DNA of 58,831 nucleotides from Thermoanaerobaculia bacterium (GTDB taxonomy: Bacteria > Acidobacteriota > Thermoanaerobaculia > Gp7-AA8): contig JBAQWH010000652.1 in NCBI GenBank assembly GCA_049298815.1, forward strand, positions 1 to 58,831, in the 5' to 3' direction. How positions within the stretch are numbered: position 1 is the stretch's first letter; every line of letters starts with the position of its first letter. The notes under the pieces are model-generated. The model saw nothing but the letters and a program-made list of their open reading frames with translations, made no database searches and was not told where the DNA came from. The translations under genes and the position numbers were made by a program. Positions 54,945 to 58,831 of the stretch are shown in pieces.

Positions 54945-56250
54945 GCCCGCGAAACCGCCACAACCGCGTGAAGGAACCTCGAACGTCGTTCAATGGCCGA
55001 AGGGCACGGGTCCGTTCTACATCCAGCCGTTCATCACTCACCCGCCGTTCTGCATCTGCGACTGGTGCAAGAAGAAAAGGCAAACAGCCGACGAGTGGTC
55101 CCAGCCGTTCCGGCAATGGATCAACCGCAAGTCGAAGTTCCCCTACGACAAAATGCGGTCGGTCGCATACTCGGACGAGGTTGTCCGCGAAGAGGAACGC
55201 CTGCTGGTCGAAGCGGTCGAACGCTCCCGACGTAACCGGGAGGCTCTCGGCGCAGCGGTGTCCTTCACGACGTTGTGCAAGGCGTACCGCGAGCATCAAA
55301 TCGAGAAGGGCAAGCGATACGACAAGGATCAGTATCGGATCGACCTGCTCGAAGAGAAGTTCGGCGAACGAGATGCTGTTTCCATCAACCTCGACGATGC
55401 CGACGATCTTGCTGAGGAACTTCGTCGTGATCGAGGTGTTGGGCCGCAGACGATCAACCGCTACCTCACTACCCTCGTCGCCATTCTCAACTTCGGCAAG
55501 ACGAAGAGGAAGATCGCGACCCACGCGCTTGACGGCTTGAAGAAAGAGGAGGTCAGACGTCCGGGGCGACCGAGAACGTTCAGTCGCTCGCAGATCGAGA
55601 TCCTCTTCGGCGCTGCGATGGATGCGTATGAGCTGGAGCAAGCCGAAAAAGGACTGCGCCTCGGCGGGAAGGCTGGTAAGAACACCGTGATGCGCGGCTC
55701 GGTCGTTCCGCTGAGGGGAATCTGTTTGATTGCCTACCGGACGCTGATGCGTCCGAACAACAATCTCGGTCTCCTATGGGAAGAGCTGCACATCGACGAG
55801 GTCGCCCGGAAGAGGCACTTCGAGCTGAAGAAGCACAAAAACAGCTCGAAAGGCATCGAGGCTCGTGGGCCGCTCTCCCCCTCGCTGATGGAGTATCTGT
55901 TGTCGATTCGACCAGAGGGCAAACCGACTGGACTAGTTCATCCCAGCCCAGAGACTGGCAAGCCGTACGTCAACATTCGCCACCAGTGGAAACGGCTGAT
56001 TGAAATCGCGAACGGGTTGCTCGCAGAGAATGAGCAGATAACCGACGAGATCGACTTCTACAACCTCCGGCACACCGGCGCGAGCGAGCTGGTGGCGAAG
56101 GGCGCGGACCCGGTGATGATCGTACGCATGATGGGCGACACGTCGCTCGCGACCGTCATGAAGCATTACTTTGACAGCTCGCTGGAGCACATGCAGGAGG
56201 TCGTTGAGCGGTGGGATTCGGTACCGGCATCCGCCATCACCGTTCAGTGA
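54937..56250 (+). CDS. int: tyrosine integrase
   Basis: 437 aa. NLRHTGASELV (HxxR box) and MGDTSLATVMKHY (catalytic Tyr). It lies 0.9 kb from the displaced tRNA fragment. Confidence 0.9.
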   Translation: MGKPAKPPQPREGTSNVVQWPKGTGPFYIQPFITHPPFCICDWCKKKRQTADEWSQPFRQWINRKSKFPYDKMRSVAYSDEVVREEERLLVEAVERSRRNREALGAAVSFTTLCKAYREHQIEKGKRYDKDQYRIDLLEEKFGERDAVSINLDDADDLAEELRRDRGVGPQTINRYLTTLVAILNFGKTKRKIATHALDGLKKEEVRRPGRPRTFSRSQIEILFGAAMDAYELEQAEKGLRLGGKAGKNTVMRGSVVPLRGICLIAYRTLMRPNNNLGLLWEELHIDEVARKRHFELKKHKNSSKGIEARGPLSPSLMEYLLSIRPEGKPTGLVHPSPETGKPYVNIRHQWKRLIEIANGLLAENEQITDEIDFYNLRHTGASELVAKGADPVMIVRMMGDTSLATVMKHYFDSSLEHMQEVVERWDSVPASAITVQ

Positions 56251-56344
56251 CGCGTCACGCTGGTCGGCAACGTCGTCTTGTGAATCCACGCTGCGAGCCG
56301 TCGCACTCCGGCTATCGTCCTCAGCAACCATAGGATCGCTGCGC

Positions 56345-57064
56345 ATGACCTTCTCACTCGAAGACTACATAGACGGAACGGCTGCCAACGCCCGTCGGTC
56401 GCTTGCGACGTACCCGGATCACGTCGCTGTCATCCGCCAGATTGATGAAGCGTTTGCGGTTCTGCTCGACCATGTAACCGGCAGAAACGATCACGCCACC
56501 GTCTTTGCAGCGATGTCGCACGCCGACTTCTTGGCAGCGACACGACTCGCGCTCGGGGGCGAACTACCGGCGAGTCTTGCAGCCGCGCGGTCGTGTGTCG
56601 AGGATGCTCTATACGGTTTCTTCATCCATCGTCACCCCGAACTGATGAAGGTTTGGGCCTCGCGGCACGAAAGCGACGAAGCAAAGAGCGCAGTTCGCAA
56701 GAACTTCAAGTACGCCCCGATGTTGGAAGACTTGCGGAAGTATCTCCAGAAGGTCGGCGATCAGGTCGACGTCGCGTATCAGGCCACCATTGACCTCGGG
56801 GCTCATCCGAACGTTCTGAAGCTGTTCATGAATCTCAAAGCCGACCCGTCGGGTGGCTACGAATGGCAGTACGTCAACCTCGACAAATTGGATGTTGGAA
56901 TGGCTTTGCGTGGAGTCGCCTTCGCTGCACTCGCCGCGCTGAACACATTCAAAGAGGTATGGCCAATCACATTTGGAAGCACAGCAGCGGGCAGGACGCT
57001 GCAAGACATTCACGCTGCGTTCGTCGCCCTGCCGGACATCTCAGACGAAGAGCCGAGAAGCTAA
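56345..57064 (+). CDS. hypothetical protein, 239 aa
   Basis: The start was moved to MTFSLEDYIDG. Helical, with no recognised motif. Confidence 0.55.
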   Translation: MTFSLEDYIDGTAANARRSLATYPDHVAVIRQIDEAFAVLLDHVTGRNDHATVFAAMSHADFLAATRLALGGELPASLAAARSCVEDALYGFFIHRHPELMKVWASRHESDEAKSAVRKNFKYAPMLEDLRKYLQKVGDQVDVAYQATIDLGAHPNVLKLFMNLKADPSGGYEWQYVNLDKLDVGMALRGVAFAALAALNTFKEVWPITFGSTAAGRTLQDIHAAFVALPDISDEEPRS

Positions 57065-57148
57065 CGTGAACGGTGCGCCTGCGGACCGCCAAGCTGCTAG
57101 GAAGACTGCTAGCGGTCGCTGTTTTGTCCAACAAGAATGGGGATGACA

Positions 57149-57269
57149 GCGCCGTGAGAGGGCGGCGTCCTGGACCCCTAGACGAATGCGCCAGTTTGGC
57201 AGGAACGCGGAAGATACCGGAGGCTTCCTCCGCGGTCAAGGGCGGCTAACGGCTGGGTGGCAGCGCTCA
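57149..57269 (-). repeat. displaced copy of tRNA-Glu nt 1-43 plus about 75 nt of upstream leader
   Basis: 57149-57191 matches 13145-13187 at 42 of 43 positions. The next 31 nt match at 29 of 31, then the similarity decays. Confidence 0.85.
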
Positions 57270-57348
57270 TTCCCACTCAAAATCTACGCAGAGGAGAAGG
57301 TTTGACGGTGGGGCGGCGCCGAGGGACCATCGGTGGCGGAGGTGACCG

Positions 57349-57849
57349 ATGAAAGAGGATCGCGATGGGATCGAGTATCTCGAGCAGCTCGACCGCTTCC
57401 TGGACGGCGAAGAGGACGGCACCGTGCCTCTCGATCTCCTTCGCAGCCGCGGCGTCACGCTGCGGCCCCCCGGCGAGGTCGCTCCGGACGAGGTGCGCGC
57501 GGAGCTGTGGAAGGCGATCGAAGCGATGGCTTCGATCGGTGCCTTCATCGATTCGACCGACCACCTGTCCGATGCCGAGCTGTACGAGTTCGTCTGGCAC
57601 GAGCTCCACGTTCCGACGTTCCTCCTGCCGGACGATCCATGCTCGGCGTGGCACATCTCGCCGTTTGGCTGCGGGAGCGAGGCCGACAACGAGATCTACC
57701 TGCGGTACTACGCTGACGAGGAGACACGTCGCCATCGGGCCACCGAGTTCGGCGATCCTTTGCCGCCCGCGCAGCGCCCTCCCTACGACCGCGATCGCCT
57801 TCTCCCGACGCAGGAGATGCGGCTGGCTGAATTCGAAGAGCCGCAGTGA
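57349..57849 (+). CDS. hypothetical protein, 166 aa
   Basis: Acidic, protein-like ORF outside the island. Confidence 0.55.
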   Translation: MKEDRDGIEYLEQLDRFLDGEEDGTVPLDLLRSRGVTLRPPGEVAPDEVRAELWKAIEAMASIGAFIDSTDHLSDAELYEFVWHELHVPTFLLPDDPCSAWHISPFGCGSEADNEIYLRYYADEETRRHRATEFGDPLPPAQRPPYDRDRLLPTQEMRLAEFEEPQ

Positions 57850-57934
57850 GGACCGCCGCCTGGACTACCATGCCCGTGTGGATTTCGATAAGACCGAGCA
57901 GGCTCCGCGAGCGGTTCGGCCTGGAGGACGACTG

Positions 57935-58147
57935 ATGCCGGTCCGGAAGTTCCGCTCGGTCGAGGAGATGAACCAGCCGGTCTGGCGGACGCCGGGAGAC
58001 CCGGCGCTTTACCGGGCGATCCGCGACGTCTGGACCCTCGGGCAGCGAACGTCGTCGAGGCGGTTCAGGCCGGGCGTCCATCGTTACCGGTCGATCGACG
58101 AGATGCAGCGGGAGGCGATCGTCGTCACCGCGCCCCTCGCGAAGTAG
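57935..58147 (+). CDS. hypothetical protein, 70 aa
   Basis: Internal ATG of track ORF 57365-58147. MPVRKFRSVEEMNQPVWRTPGDP looks protein-like, whereas the upstream part does not. Confidence 0.4.
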   Translation: MPVRKFRSVEEMNQPVWRTPGDPALYRAIRDVWTLGQRTSSRRFRPGVHRYRSIDEMQREAIVVTAPLAK

Positions 58148-58224
58148 ACCCGCGCGCGACGGACACCACCGGCACTCGGTCGCGGTTCGCCCCCCTCCCT
58201 CCCCGCCCGCTCGTATCATGTTGC

Positions 58225-58831
58225 ATGATCCGGGTCCGTCCGCTGTGCCTGCTTCCCCTCGTCTGCGCTCTCATCTCCACCGTTTCAGCTGCGCAGGTCC
58301 CGCAGCAGCAGCCCGCGCAGGCCCTCGCCGAGACCGTCGAGGTGCGGCTCCTCGAGGCTGACGCCGTCGTCCTCGACGCGGACGGCAAGCCAGTTCACGG
58401 CCTCACGAAGGAAGACTTCGTGGTCCTCGAGGACGGAACGCCACAGCCGATCACGAACTTCACCGAGTACCGCGACACCGCTTCCACCTCGCTTCCCGGC
58501 TCGCAGTCCCCCGCCCCTCCTTCCGTGAGCCGCCCCGCGCCGCGCACGCTGGCTTTCCTCCTCGACGCGATGAGCCTCCGCGGTAGAGCCCGCACCGACT
58601 TTTTCGCCGAGATCCGGGCTCTCGTCGGCCGCACCGTCCGCTACGACGACCGCGTCCTGATCCTCACCTGGGCTGAGGGAACGTTCCGGCCGGCGCTCGA
58701 TCGCACGTCCGACCGGCGGGCGATCAATGCCGCGATCGACCAGGTAGAGAAGAACCCGGCAGTGATCGCGGCGGCCGGCCCGAGCGTCACGACGCGGGAG
58801 GCGGAGCTCCGCGCGGTGGCCGAAGCGAGCG
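58225..58831 (+). CDS. VWFA-related (Acidobacteria-type) secreted protein, 3'-truncated by the window end
   Basis: Hand translation gives MIRVRPLCLLPLVCALISTVSAAQ (signal) and then VEVRLLEADAVVLDADGKPVHGLTKEDFVVLEDGTPQPITNF. The frame is open to the window end. Confidence 0.7.
   Translation, partial: MIRVRPLCLLPLVCALISTVSAAQVPQQQPAQALAETVEVRLLEADAVVLDADGKPVHGLTKEDFVVLEDGTPQPITNFTEYRDTASTSLPGSQSPAPPSVSRPAPRTLAFLLDAMSLRGRARTDFFAEIRALVGRTVRYDDRVLILTWAEGTFRPALDRTSDRRAINAAIDQVEKNPAVIAAAGPSVTTREAELRAVAEAS

Larger units (their letters stand above)
13145..57191. mobile_element. about 44 kb composite genomic/defence island inserted in tRNA-Glu, bounded by copies of tRNA nt 1-43 plus leader
   Basis: Direct repeats at 13145-13265 and 57149-57269. 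Integrase and Xis-like genes lie at the right end and an AlpA-like gene near the left end. The cargo is dominated by restriction, nuclease and TA-like genes, and several patches are visibly more AT-rich. Confidence 0.6.

Overview
High-GC bacterial chromosome window. The only taxon hint is an Acidobacteria-type VWFA N-terminus at the right edge, so the taxon is an inference. The window is organised around an integration hotspot at a tRNA-Glu(CUC) gene (13112-13187, minus strand). Left of the tRNA there are four degenerate copies of its 3' end. These delimit small islets: a coiled-coil gene, a 7.1 kb signalling cassette (a GGDEF diguanylate cyclase plus a hybrid histidine kinase with a quadruplicated PAS unit), an MNT/HEPN pair, and an oxidoreductase. 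Right of the tRNA, about 44 kb (13145-57191) is bounded by a second copy of the tRNA 5' 43 nt plus leader. This stretch looks like a composite genomic or defence island. It contains these modules:
- An HNH-like gene and an AlpA-like gene.
- A 12-repeat NHL/Fn3 secreted protein.
- A co-directional Mrr-led eight-gene array with two PD-(D/E)xK proteins.
- A type I R-M operon in which hsdM is fused to a half-size hsdS and an MNT/HEPN pair is translationally coupled in front of hsdR.
- An ankyrin-like gene and a coiled-coil gene.
- A DUF262 + HEPN pair.
- A small tyrosine recombinase next to an XRE-NDT-like-XRE regulator, an ImmA protease and a membrane protein.
- An EVE-DUF3883 operon with extra nuclease-like and membrane genes.
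- A roughly 12 kb integrative-element backbone: Rep-like gene, iteron-like repeats, a reiterated 29-nt operator-like motif, Xis-like genes and an integrase.

No CRISPR array, rRNA or obvious transposase was seen. All domain calls come from motif recognition by eye. No HMM or BLAST search was possible, so family names are hypotheses of varying strength. Many long antisense ORFs in the track are GC-rich shadow ORFs and were ignored.
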